NCBI RefSeq assembly: GCF_009914755.1
Contig: NC_060927.1
DNA: 64,000 nt
Origin: the human T2T-CHM13v2.0 reference genome, Homo sapiens
Reading direction: 5' to 3' (one strand)
The notes under the pieces were generated by a model that saw only the letters and a list, made by a program, of their open reading frames with translations, made no database searches and had not been told where the DNA came from. Both the position numbers and the translations under genes were made by a program. Of this stretch, positions 1 to 15,339 are shown one piece after another; position 1 is the stretch's first letter; every line of letters starts with the position of its first letter.

Positions 1-160
1 CTAGTGCCATTCATGGGGGTTCTACCTCGTGACATAATTACCTCCCAAAGGCCCCACCATAATCACCTCGAAAAGTTCCCTAATACCATGACATTGGGGG
101 TTAAGATTTCAACATATTAATTTGGAGGGTAGGGAAGACATAAACATTCAGTCCATTACA
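1..160 (-). mobile_element. MLT1-type MaLR LTR fragment
   Basis: taattacctcccaaaggcccc...gggggttaagatttcaacata...aaacattcagtccattaca resembles the MLT1 LTR terminus. Confidence 0.65.
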
Positions 161-780
161 CAGAAAGCACACAGGGCAGGGTGTGGGTTAATTTAAATGG
201 TTGGCTCTGGCTCTGTGATTCTATACACTGGTTCTCTCATATGTCACTGTCAACGACATTCATTTGCACAACAATAAAAATGATATTTGACATAAGAGGC
301 TTTCTGGAAGGTTAAGTCTTTACATCCATATTAGGTTTATTTCCAAATATTGAAAATGACCATAGAATAATGTTGTTATTTATAAAGTCTCTTTCTAATA
401 ATTCTTATTTGAATTTTTAGATCAGTTCTTACAGTCATTTTTTCTGAAAGGACTTTTACGTCTGCAGAGTCAAATGCGCCCTCTACTTAAAACCGCCTAC
501 CATCCTCAAAATAATAAAAACTGGACGTAAGCTGTCTGAGGGCAGGGCCATTTCTGTTTTGTTCATTGCCTGGAGCATAGTTGATGTCTGATGAATATTT
601 GTAAAGAGAAAAAATAATGATGCATAGGTAGCATTTACAGAGCACTTGGCATGTGCCAAGAACCGTGCTAAGACTGCACATACATTATCTCATAGCAGTC
701 CCATAAGGGAAGGGCTATCATTTCCTCCAATTAAACATAATGAAATAGAGGCTGAAAGGGGTTTTTAAAAATTTTCTCTT

Positions 781-1163
<383 letters not shown>

Positions 1164-1685
1164 TTAACTATGAGTCTATGAAGAAGAAATTCAAAATACT
1201 AGTAACACTCAGCACCTTAACAGAGGATAATCCCAAAAAGAAGCCATAGAATTGAAGATTTTGAGTGCTATATGTCTATCTGTATTTCCAAGAGCATTAT
1301 GAAATGAATCATCCTCACCAATCATTGGACAATTCATTATTTCAGTCATTTCAACAAGGCAACAACCAATTGGCATAGTACATTTATTTTTAAAATAATC
1401 AAGGATTATGTAAAAATTCTAAATATATATGAGCACCTAGATATATAAAGCAAACACTATTAGAGCTAAAGAGAGAAATGACCCTAACGTAATAATAGCT
1501 GGAGACCCCACTTTCAGTGGGGTAATAATAGCTCAACACCCCACTTTCAGCATTGGACAGATCATCCAGACAGAATATCAACAAAGAAACATTGGACTTT
1601 ATCTGCACTATAAACCAAATGGACCTGATAGATATTTATGAACATTTCATCCAACAGCTGCAGAATACACATTCTTTTTTCTGTT

Positions 1686-2298
<613 letters not shown>

Positions 2299-3149
2299 AG
2301 AATACACATTCTTCTCCTCAGCCCATGGATTATTCTCAAGGATAGACCACAAATTAGGCCACAAAACAAGTCTTAAAAAATTGAAATTGTATCAAGCATC
2401 TTCTTTGACCACAACGGAATAAAACTGTAAATCAATAACAAGAGGAGTTTTGGAAACTGTACAACCATACGGAAGCTAAACAATATGTTCCTGAATGACC
2501 AGTGGGTCAATAAGGAAATTTTAAAATTTCTTGAAACAAATGAAAATGGAAACATAACATACCAAAATCTATGGGATATAGCAAGAACAGTACTAAGAGG
2601 AAAGTTTATAGCAATAAGCACCAACATCAAAGAAGCAGAAAATCATCAAATAAACAACCTAATGATACCTCTTAAAGTATTAGAAAAGCAAGAGCAAGCC
2701 AAAATCAAAATTCCAAGAAGAAAAGAAATAATAAAAATCAGAGCAGAAGTTAATGAAATTAAAACAAAAAAATACAAAAAATCAACGAAACAAAAAGTTG
2801 ATTTTGTGAAAAGATAAAAGACAAACAAAATTGACAAAACCTTAGCCAGGCTAAGAAAAAGACAGGATCCAATTAAATAAAATCAGAGATGAAAAAAGAG
2901 ACATTACAAGTGACACTGCAGAAATTCACGGGATCATTAGAGACTACTATGAGCAATGATATGCCGATAAATTGGTAAACCTAGAAGTGGACAAATTCCT
3001 AGACACATACAACTTACCAAGATTGAACCATGAAGAAATCCAAAACCTGAATAGACCAATAACAAGTAATGACAGTAAAGTCGTAATTAAAAGTTTACCA
3101 ACAAAGAAAAGCCCAGGACCCAGTGGCTTCACTCTTGTATTCTACCTAA

Positions 3150-3448
<299 letters not shown>

Positions 3449-4840
3449 CTACCAAACATTTAAAGAGGGACTAAAACTAACCCTAGTCAAACTATTTCAA
3501 AAAAATCAAGAAAGTGGGAATACTTCCAAACTCATTCTACAAGTTCAGTATTATCCTGATACCAAAACCAGACAAAGACACAATGAAAAAAAATAAAAAC
3601 TGCAGGCCAGTATCTCTGAGGAACATAGATGCAAAAATCCTCAGCACAAGACTAATAAACCAAATTTAACAATACACTAAAAAAAATCATTAATCACGAC
3701 TAAACGGGATTCATCCTAGGGATGCAAGGATGATTCAATATACACAAATCAATGAATGTAACACATCATATCAACAGAATGAAGGACAAAAACTATATGA
3801 TTATTTAAATTGACACTGAAAAAGCATTCAATAAAATTCAACATTTATGATAAAACTTTATGATAAAACCTCTCACAAAATGGGGTACAGAACAACATAC
3901 CTCAACATTATAAAAGCCATATCTGACAGACCCATGGCTAATATCATACTGAATGGGGAAAAACTGATAGGTTTTCCTCTAAGGTGGGGAAGAAGACAAG
4001 GATATCAACTTTTACCACCATTATTCAACATAGTACTGGAACTCCTAGCTAGAACAATTAGACAGAAAATGAAATAAAGGGCATCCAAATTGGAAAAGAA
4101 GAAGTTAAATTATCCTTCTTTGCAGACAATATGATCTTATATTTAGAAAAACCTAAAGACTCCAGCAAAAAACTGTTAGGTCTGGTAAATAAATTCAGTA
4201 AAATTGCAGGATACAAAATCAACATACAATAATGAATAGCATTTCTAGATGCTAACAGTGAACAATCTGAAAAAGAAACCAGGGAAGTAATTCCATTTAT
4301 AATAGCTACAGATAAAATAAAATGCCTAGGAATAAACTTAACCAAAGAAAAAAATCTCTATTATGAAACTTACAAAAAACATTGATAAAAAATTAAATAA
4401 GACACACAAAAATGGAAAGGTATTCCATGTTCATGGGCTGGGAGAATCAATATTGTTAAAATGTTCATACTATCTAAAGCAGTGTACAGATTTAATGCAA
4501 TCCCTATCAAAATACTGATGACAGTCTTCACAGAAATAGAAAAAGATTATTAAAATTTATATGGAATCACAAAAGACCCAGAATAGCCAAAGCCACCCTG
4601 AGCAAAAAGAACAAACCTGGAGGAATTGAATTACCTGACTTCAAATTGTACTACAGAGCTACAGTAATCAAAGCAGCATGGTACTGACATAAAAACAAAC
4701 ACATAGAACAATGGAACAGAATAGAGAACCCAGTAATAAATCCACACATCTATAGTGAACTCATTTTTTACAAAGGTGCCAAGAACATACACTGGGAAAA
4801 GGATAGCCTCTTAAACAAATGATGATGGAAAAAAATGGAT

Positions 4841-4991
4841 ATTTAGGACAGCAATTTTTAACCACAGGCAATTTTTCTCCCCAGGGGCACATGTGGCAAT
4901 AGTTGGCAACACGTATGGTTGTCACAACCGGGGAAGGCACCTACTGGCATCTAGTGGTTAGAGGCCAGGGATGCTGCTAAACATTCTACAA
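4841..4991 (+). mobile_element. MER20 5' fragment embedded in the L1 (copy of the 8628-8768 segment)
   Basis: ggcatctagtggttagaggccagggatgctgctaaacattctacaa MER20 core; lacks the 3' terminus. Confidence 0.85.
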
Positions 4992-5329
4992 GAGACAATG
5001 AAACTAGACCTCTAGCTCTTGCCATATACATAATTCAATTAAAATGGATTAAAGGCTTAAATATAAGACTGATGCTATGAAACTCCTAAAAGAAAACATT
5101 GAGTAAACTCTCCAGGACATTGTTCTGGGCAAAGATTTCTTGAGTAATACCTCAAAAGCACAGGCAACCAAAGCAAAACTAGACAAGTGGGATCACATCA
5201 AGCTAAAAAGCTTCCTCACAGCAGAGGAAACAATCAACAATGTGAAGAGCCAAGCCACAGAATGGGAGAAAATATTTGCAAACTACTCATCTCACAAGGG
5301 ATTGATAACCAGAATATACAAAGAGCTCA

Positions 5330-6733
<1,404 letters not shown>

Positions 6734-7832
6734 TCATCTCATCCCAGTTAAAATGGCTTTTATTCAAAAGACAGGCAATAACAAATGCTGGCAGGGATGT
6801 GGAGGAAAGGGAACCCTCGTACACTGTCGGTGGGAATGTAAATTAGTACAGCTACTGTGGAGAACAGTATGGAAGTTCCTCAAAAAACTAAAAATAGAGC
6901 TACCATACGATCCAGCAATCCCACTGCTAGGGATATATCCAAAAGAAAGAAAATCAGTATATCGAAGAAATATCTGCACTTCCATATTTATGGCAGCACT
7001 ATTCACAATAGCCAAGATTTGGAATCTAAATGTCCATCAGCGGATGAATGGATAAAGTAAATGTGGCACATATACACAATGGAATATTATTCAACCATTA
7101 AAAAAGAAGATCCTGTCATTTACAACAGCATGGATGGAACTGGAGGACGTTACGTTAAGTGAAACAAGCCATGCACAGAAAGACAAATTGTGCATATTCT
7201 CATATGTGGGAGCCCACTTAGCCCCTGGTAATATATATTGTTAAAATTAAAACAATGGATCTCACGGAAATAGTAGAATGATGGTTACCAGATGCTGGGA
7301 AGGGTAGTGAGGATAAACTGGGGAAGGTTAATGGGTACAAAAATATAGTTAGATAGAATAAATAATTCTAGAATCTGGTAGTATAACAGGTGACTATGGT
7401 CAATAATAACTTATTGTATATTTCAAAACAACTAAAAGACTGAAATTGGAATGTTCCTAACACAAAGAAATGATAAATACTTAAGTAGATGGATACCCCA
7501 ATTACCCTGATTTTATTGTTACACATTGTATGCCTGTATCAAAACATTACATGTGCCCCATAAATGTATACACCTATTATACACCAATGATCATTAAAAA
7601 ATAAAAAAAAATCAAGGTGATAAACCTAATCCTTCTGAAACTCATTTGGAAGGAATGAAAGATCAAGGACCCCAAGGTTGTGAGTACGTACAGAAGCAGT
7701 ATAGTAATTGGTAGGTATGTACTGCTGCATTTTCCCTATGCAGTCAGTGATACCTATTGGATATCTACAAAGCATCTGTCACAAGAGACGACAGAGGAGA
7801 AGTTTAACATACTTCTTTAAAGAACTTCATTC

Positions 7833-7984
7833 TGGCTAGGCGCAGCGGCTCGTGCCTGTAATCACAGCTCTTTGGCAGGCCGAAGTGGGAGGATTGCTTG
7901 AACCCAGGAGTTGAGGCTGCAGTGAGCTATGATTGCATGACTGCACTCCAGCCTAGGTGGCAGAGTCCCTGTCTCAAACAAATA
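7833..7984 (+). mobile_element. Monomeric Alu (FAM/FRAM-like)
   Basis: Single right-arm-type monomer flanked by the TSD aacttcattc. Confidence 0.75.
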
Positions 7985-8635
7985 AACTTCATTCCATTTG
8001 CACAGTTAAGACAAACACATGTGAAGTAGTATATATACTCGGGAGCTAAGTGGGGCCTAAAAAATGTAATTTAATCCTGTCAACCAGCCTGTAAGGTAGG
8101 GATGGCTGTCCCCATTATGCTATTGAGGAGACAAAGCATAGAGAGACTAAACTAGTTGCCCATGTAACACAGTTCATGTGTAGGAGTGTCAGGGCTATAC
8201 CCACATTCATCTGATCCTGAAGTCCATTCACAGACCCACCAGAGCTTACTGCTTCCAAATCAAGAGGACACAAACAAGGGCCAAATAAACCAGGAAACAT
8301 TATATGAAGCAATGGGACTTACGCCTGACCTTGAAAGGCAAGCAACAGTTGGACAGGCAGAAACTAAAAGATATGACACCATAAGATGCAGGAAAGCATG
8401 CACAAAAGCCCAACTGTGAGATTTAGCTTAATACAAGAGGACTAGGAGAGCAGGGAGGTAGTGACTGATTGATGGGATGAAGCACAAAAACAGGAGGAGG
8501 TGGGAGCAGAGGTGACTTGAAATCACATGGGGCCAGTGGCAGGTGTGAGGAGAGTTTGAACATGGTGTGATGGGCAGTAGAGAACCATGGGACTTTTAGG
8601 AGCATGGAAGTGATATCAAAAATCACAATTTAGTG

Positions 8636-8839
8636 CAGTAATTCTTAACCACAGGCAATTTTGCTCCCCAGGGGCACATGTGGCAATAGCTGGAGACACT
8701 TATGGTTGTCACAACAGGGGAAAGCATCTAGTGGTCAGAGGCCAGGGATGCTGCTAAACACTGTACAATGCACAGAACAGCCCCCACAACAAAGAATTAT
8801 CCACACAAAATGACAGTAGTAACAAAGTTGAGAAACCTG
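8636..8839 (+). mobile_element. MER20 (hAT-Charlie), full length
   Basis: cagtaattcttaacc...gttgagaaacctg termini and MER20 core. Confidence 0.88.
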
Positions 8840-9076
8840 GCTTTAGGAAGATAGTCTGGCAGTGGCTGCCAAGATGGAACAGAGAGAAGAAGTCAAGAGC
8901 CCAGGGGAGATGTTCATTCGGGGAGATGCTCATTCAGGGAGATGGGAGTGAGATGAGGGACCAGAAGGGGAGAATGGCAAACCCTCCAAGTATTTCAAAG
9001 GAAAAAGAAAGATGCAATTTCTAATCCCTCTTACAGGAAGTTTTCTACAAAATGTGGAAAACTGCACTTAAGACTT

Positions 9077-9367
<291 letters not shown>

Positions 9368-9872
9368 AAGACTTTTTTCTTTTAAATCATCTGAGGGCAC
9401 CTTATTTTCTGATCTAAAAAATTGTAAATAATACACAACTCCAAGAAAATCACCACCTCGAGAGTGTAGGGCACAAACCTTTAACTATTATCAGTAACAT
9501 TTTCTGTCTTTTTGTTAGAACAGAATCTGAAGCAAATTTGGCAAAATGTTAACATCTGTTAAATTTGGATGATGGGTACGTGGTTGTCTGTAATATTATT
9601 TTCTATACTTTATAGATACTTGAAAATTCTCATGATTAACAAAAAACAGGGTGGGGGAAGAAAGAAAAAGAAAGTCTTAGAGGGGCAGTTAATAACTTAT
9701 ACTAGAATTTTTCTTGGTATTTTAAAATATCATTTGTTAAATTACAGAAGTTATATGTGAATATGTGTTCATTGTAAAAACCATTCAACAATACAAAAAT
9801 AAAAATAAAAAATAGAAATTCCCCTTTCATTCTATTTCTTTTTCTCTCTCCTTAGGTTACTACTGCTACATG

Positions 9873-9875
<3 letters not shown>

Positions 9876-9921
<46 letters not shown>

Positions 9922-12620
9922 TGTGTATATATACACATTATACTACATATATATGTATATATAGTATAATACATATATTATACTATATATGCATATATAG
10001 CATAATACATATATTATACTATATGCATATATAGTATAATGTATATGTATATAGTATATGTATATATACTATACATACTATTGTATACATATATAGTATA
10101 TATACTATATATTGTGTGTATGTGATATATATACTATATACATTAATGTATATTATATATTATATGTATTATACTATAAACATTAATGTATATTATATAT
10201 TATATGTATTATACTATAAACATAGTATAATACATGTATTATAGTATATAATACATGTATATACATAGTATAAACATGTATTATAGTATATAATACATGT
10301 ATATACATAGTATAAACATGTATTATAGTATATAATACATGTATACACATAGTATAACACATGTATTATAGTATATAATACATGTATTATACATAGTATA
10401 ATACGTGTAATACAGTATATAATACATGTATACACATAGTATAATACGTGTATTGTAGTATATAATACATGTATACACATAGTATATACGTGTATTGTAG
10501 TATATAATACATGTATACACATAGTATATACGTGTATTGTAGTATATAATACATGTATACACATAGTATATACGTGTATTGTAGTATATAATACATGTAT
10601 ACACATAGTATATACGTGTATTGTAGTATATAATACATGTATACACATAGTATATACGTGTATTGTAGTATATAATACATGTATACACATAGTATAAACG
10701 TGTATTATAGTATATAATACATGTATTATACATAGTATAACACATGTATTATAGCATATAATACATGTATTATACATAGTATAACACATGTATTATAGTA
10801 TATAATACATGTATACACATAGTATAACACATGTATTATAGTATATAATACATGTATACACATAGTATAACACATGTATTATAGTATATAATACATGTAT
10901 ACACATAGTATAACACATGTATTATAGTATATAATACATGTATACACATAGTATAACACATGTATTATAGTATATAATACATGTATACACATAGTATAAC
11001 ACATGTATTATAGTATATAATACATGTATACACATAGTATAACACATGTATTATAGTATATAATACATGTATACACATAGTATAACACATGTATTATAGT
11101 ATATAATACATGTATACACATAGTATAACACATGTATTTTATAGTATATAATACATGTATACACATAGTATGACACATGTATTTTATAGTATATAATACA
11201 TGTATACACATAGTATAATACATGTATTATAGTATATAATACCTGTATACACATAGTATAATACATGTATTTTATAGTATATCATACATGTATACACATA
11301 GCATATACGTGTATTGTAGTATATAATACACGCATACACATAGCATATACGTGTATTATAGTATATAATACACGTATACACGTAGTATATACGTGTATTG
11401 TAGTATATAATACACGTATACACGTAGTATATACGTGTATTGTAGTATATAATACACGTATACACGTAGTATATACGTGTATTGTAGTATATAATACACG
11501 TATACACGTAGCATATTACATGTATTATAGTATATAATACAAGTATACACGTAGCATATTACATGTATTATGTACATAATACACGTATGCACGTAGCATA
11601 ATACATGTATTATGTACATAATACACGTATGCACGTAGCATAATACATGTATTATGTACATAATACACGTATGCACGTAGCATAATACATGTATTATGTA
11701 CATAATACACGTATGCACGTAGCATAATACATGTATTATGTACATAATACACGTATGCACGTAGCATAATACATGTATTATGTACATAATACACGTATGC
11801 ACGTAGCATAATACATGTATTATGTACATAATACACGTATGCACGTAGCATAATACATGTATTATGTACATAATACACGTATGCACGTAGCATAATAAAT
11901 GTATTATGTACATAATACACGTATGCACGTAGCATAATACATGTATTATGTACATAATACATGTATTATGTACATAATACACGTATGCACGTAGCATAAT
12001 ACATGTATTATGTACATAATACACGTATACACGTAGTATAATACATGTATTATAGTATATTATACATAGTATAATACATGTATTATAGTATATTATACAT
12101 AGTATAATACATGTATTATAGTATATTATACATAGTATAATACATGTATTATAGTATATTATACATAGTATAATACATAGTATAATACATGTACTATATA
12201 TATACATGTATAGTATAATACATGTATTATACTATATATAGTATATATTACATATATTATACTATATATGTATATACAGTACACATATACAGTATAATAC
12301 ATATATTATACTATATGAAGTATATATAGTATACATAGTATAATACATGTATTATAGTGTACATATATACATATATACTATGAACATATATGTATATATA
12401 ATACATAATACATATATACTATATATGTTATATATACACACTAACATATATATACTAACATTAGTATATTACTAGTATATTACCATTAGATATATACTAA
12501 TATTAGTATAACATTAGTGTGTGTGTTTATATGTATACACACACATTCACTAACAGTGTGTATACATATGTGTGTGTATATACACACACACACTAACATT
12601 AGTGATTGTGTATATATATT
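9876..12620. repeat. (TG)n followed by ~2.7-kb AT-rich compound minisatellite (42-, 43-, 42- and 33-bp unit blocks)
   Basis: Example units: aatacatgtatacacatagtataacacatgtattatagtatat (43 bp) and acacgtatgcacgtagcataatacatgtattatgtacataat (42 bp). The 14-aa and 11-aa periodic ORFs confirm the periods. Confidence 0.95.
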
Positions 12621-12977
12621 GATATGATTCGTCTCTGTGTCCCCACCCTAAATTTCATCTAGAATTGTAATCCCAACATGTCGAGGGAGGGACCTGGTGG
12701 GAGGTGACTGGATCATGGGGGTGGTTTTCCCCATGCTGTTCTCATGATAGTGAGGGAGTTCTCATCAGATCTGATGATTTGAAAGTGGCAGTTTCCCCTG
12801 CACACTCTCTCTCCTGCCACCATGTAAGACATGCCTTGTTTCCCCTTCTCCTTCTGCCATGATTATAAGTTTCTTGAGGCCTCCCCAACCATGTGGAACT
12901 GTGAGTCAATTAAACCTCTTTCCTTTGTAAATTACTCAGTCAGGTATACTTTATAGCAATATGAAAATGGAACACAT
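12620..12977 (+). mobile_element. THE1/MST-family solo LTR
   Basis: tgatatgatt...gtccccacc...aattaaacctctttcctttgtaaattactcagtc...tttatagca. Confidence 0.85.
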
Positions 12978-14761
12978 AAATATAGTCACATGGAATAATA
13001 TCTTATATATGTGTGTGTGTAAATACATATATATGCCCCTAATTATTTTCCTACGCATTCGTAGAAAGGAAAGAAGGGAGGAAAGGGGAGAAAGGGAAGA
13101 AGGGAGGGAAGAAGAGAGAAAAAGAGATTTATGAGATATCTAGATAGATATCTAGATAGCTATCTACCTATCCATCTATCTTATGAGGGACCACAACACA
13201 CAGGCAACATGATTTTCACATTAACACATTTTAGAGGGTTGCTCTTCCGTGTCAATTTATAAAGATCTACCTCTTTCTTTTTACTTCTTCAGAATATTTC
13301 ATAGTGTAAATGTACCATAATTTGTTTACTACTAAGATTGCTATATATTTAGGTTGATTCCAATGTTTTGCTATTTCAAACAATCCTGGAACATACAACT
13401 TTGTGTTCGTATATAAGAATTTTTGTAGGGGAGATTCCTAGAAATACAATTTTTGGATCAAAGGGTATATACATTTCTGGTGTTGATATACAGTAAGATT
13501 GTGCCCCCCTGCAAAAAAACCGTGGGCTCCTCATTTCTCTAAACCCTCACTGATGCTGTATGCAATCAACCTTTAAACATTTTTCCACAATTACCAAAAC
13601 TGCATCCAAAAACTACTCCACAGACATATTCACACTTATGGGAAGTCATGAATGTACACTGCACTGTTAATGGAAAAATACTGAAAAAATATTTCACCAA
13701 TAGGGAAACATTTGGACAGATTGTTGTATATCTGCACAATGAAGTTCTGTGCATCTATTAACAAAATAGCAAGGACTCACTGTATATATCCATAGGGGAA
13801 GCTCTTGAAGGTAGAGGAACAAAGCAGGATGCAGAGCAATTTATACAGTGCATAACCACTAGTGTTTAAAGTGGTGGTAGTAAATATACATGTTTTACTG
13901 TATGTACATTAAAGACAGTGTCTGGGAAATTACACAAGATATTGATAACGGATTGCATTGAGGGAAAAGGCACAAGAGATCTGGGAGAAAGAGGTGGAAA
14001 GGGAACTTTCCACATACATTTTTTATACCTATTTTCATCTTTATCGTTGAACCCTTTAAATGTACTACCTATTCAAATAATTTTTACAGTTTGAATTCAG
14101 ACATTAAAAATCTGCCAAATGGTAGATGATGAGTGCTCTCACTGCTGTTTCAGAGTGCAGTTTCCTAATTGCTGGTGACATTGAACTTGTTTTTATGTTT
14201 ATTGGCCATCCACTCCCTACTCAGATGTCTTTCGCATTTTGCAACTGACTTGTTGCTTTCTTTCCAGATTGCTTTTTAGGGTTTGTTTTTTTTTTAATAT
14301 ATCAATGCTTTTTTTTACAGTTTTATTGAGGTAGATTTTACATACCATAAAAGTCAACCACATAAGTGTGCCATCCAGTGATTTGTAGCAAATGTATAGA
14401 GTTGTACAATCATCACCATATATCAAGAATATTAAGCCATTGGTTCCAGAGCTCCTTGATGCCTCTTGATTACATAATCCTTTGCAGCTTAGCTAGAGGA
14501 AATAGTTTTCCCCCACTGTAACATCTGTCTTTTAGTTTAGACTCCGATATGGACAGATGAAAATTAATCCACCTAGAGAGGCTTGAACATAGACAAAAGT
14601 GACCAAATACAAGGGGCAAATGCAAGTCTCCTACTGAGTCTCAAGAAGAAAAAAGAAGGTTTCACTATGCAAACAGACCATATGAAATATTATTTGACAG
14701 TGTGGCTAATTTCATTCATAAAAACTAAATATGAACTGTGGGTGTCTGAGAATATGTAGAA

Positions 14762-14970
14762 TTCAAGACCAGCCTGGCCAACATGGTAAAACCCCCATCT
14801 CTACAAAAAATACAAAAAAATTAGCCAGGTGTGGTGGCACCCACCTGTAGTCCCAGCTACTAGGGAAGCTGAGGTGGCAGGATCACCACCTGAGCCCGGG
14901 AGGTTGAGGCTGTGGTGAGCTGAGATGGTGCCATTGCACTCTAGCCTGGGTGAAAGAGGGAGACCCTGGA
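14762..14970 (+). mobile_element. 5'-truncated Alu
   Basis: Starts at ttcaagaccagcctgg; its tail is expanded into a purine repeat. Confidence 0.85.
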
Positions 14971-15058
14971 AAGAAAAGAAGGAAGGAAAGAAGGAAGGAG
15001 TGAAGGAAGGAAGGAAGGAAGGAAGGAAGGAAGGAAGGAAGGAAGGAAAAGAGAGAAA

Positions 15059-15107
<49 letters not shown>

Positions 15108-15339
15108 AAAAGAAATGTGGGAGGGAGGGAAGGAAGGAAGGAAAAGAGAGAGAAGAAAGAAAGAAAGAAAGAAAGAGAAAAGAAAGAAAGGTGGTAGGGA
15201 GGGAAGGAAGGAAGGAAGGAAAAGAGAGAGAGAAGAAAGAAAGAAAGAAAGAAAAGAAAGAAAGGTGGGAGGGAGGGAAGGAAGGAAGGAAGAGAAAGAA
15301 AGAAAGAAAAAGAAAGAAAGAAGAAAAGAAAAGAAAGAA
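14968..15339. repeat. Polypurine (GGAA)n/(GAAA)n compound repeat with higher-order units
   Basis: Almost pyrimidine-free ~370 bp; (GGAA)11 at 15005-15048. Confidence 0.95.

Noticed and set aside
10214-12207. Long periodic ORFs (191 aa, 283 aa, etc.) rich in Y/I/C/H
   Set aside because: They are translations of the 42- and 33-bp minisatellite units; no promoter, splice or coding evidence.
10130-12240. CRISPR-like regular palindromic repeats
   Set aside because: Units are contiguous with no unique spacers, there are no cas genes, and the DNA is primate.
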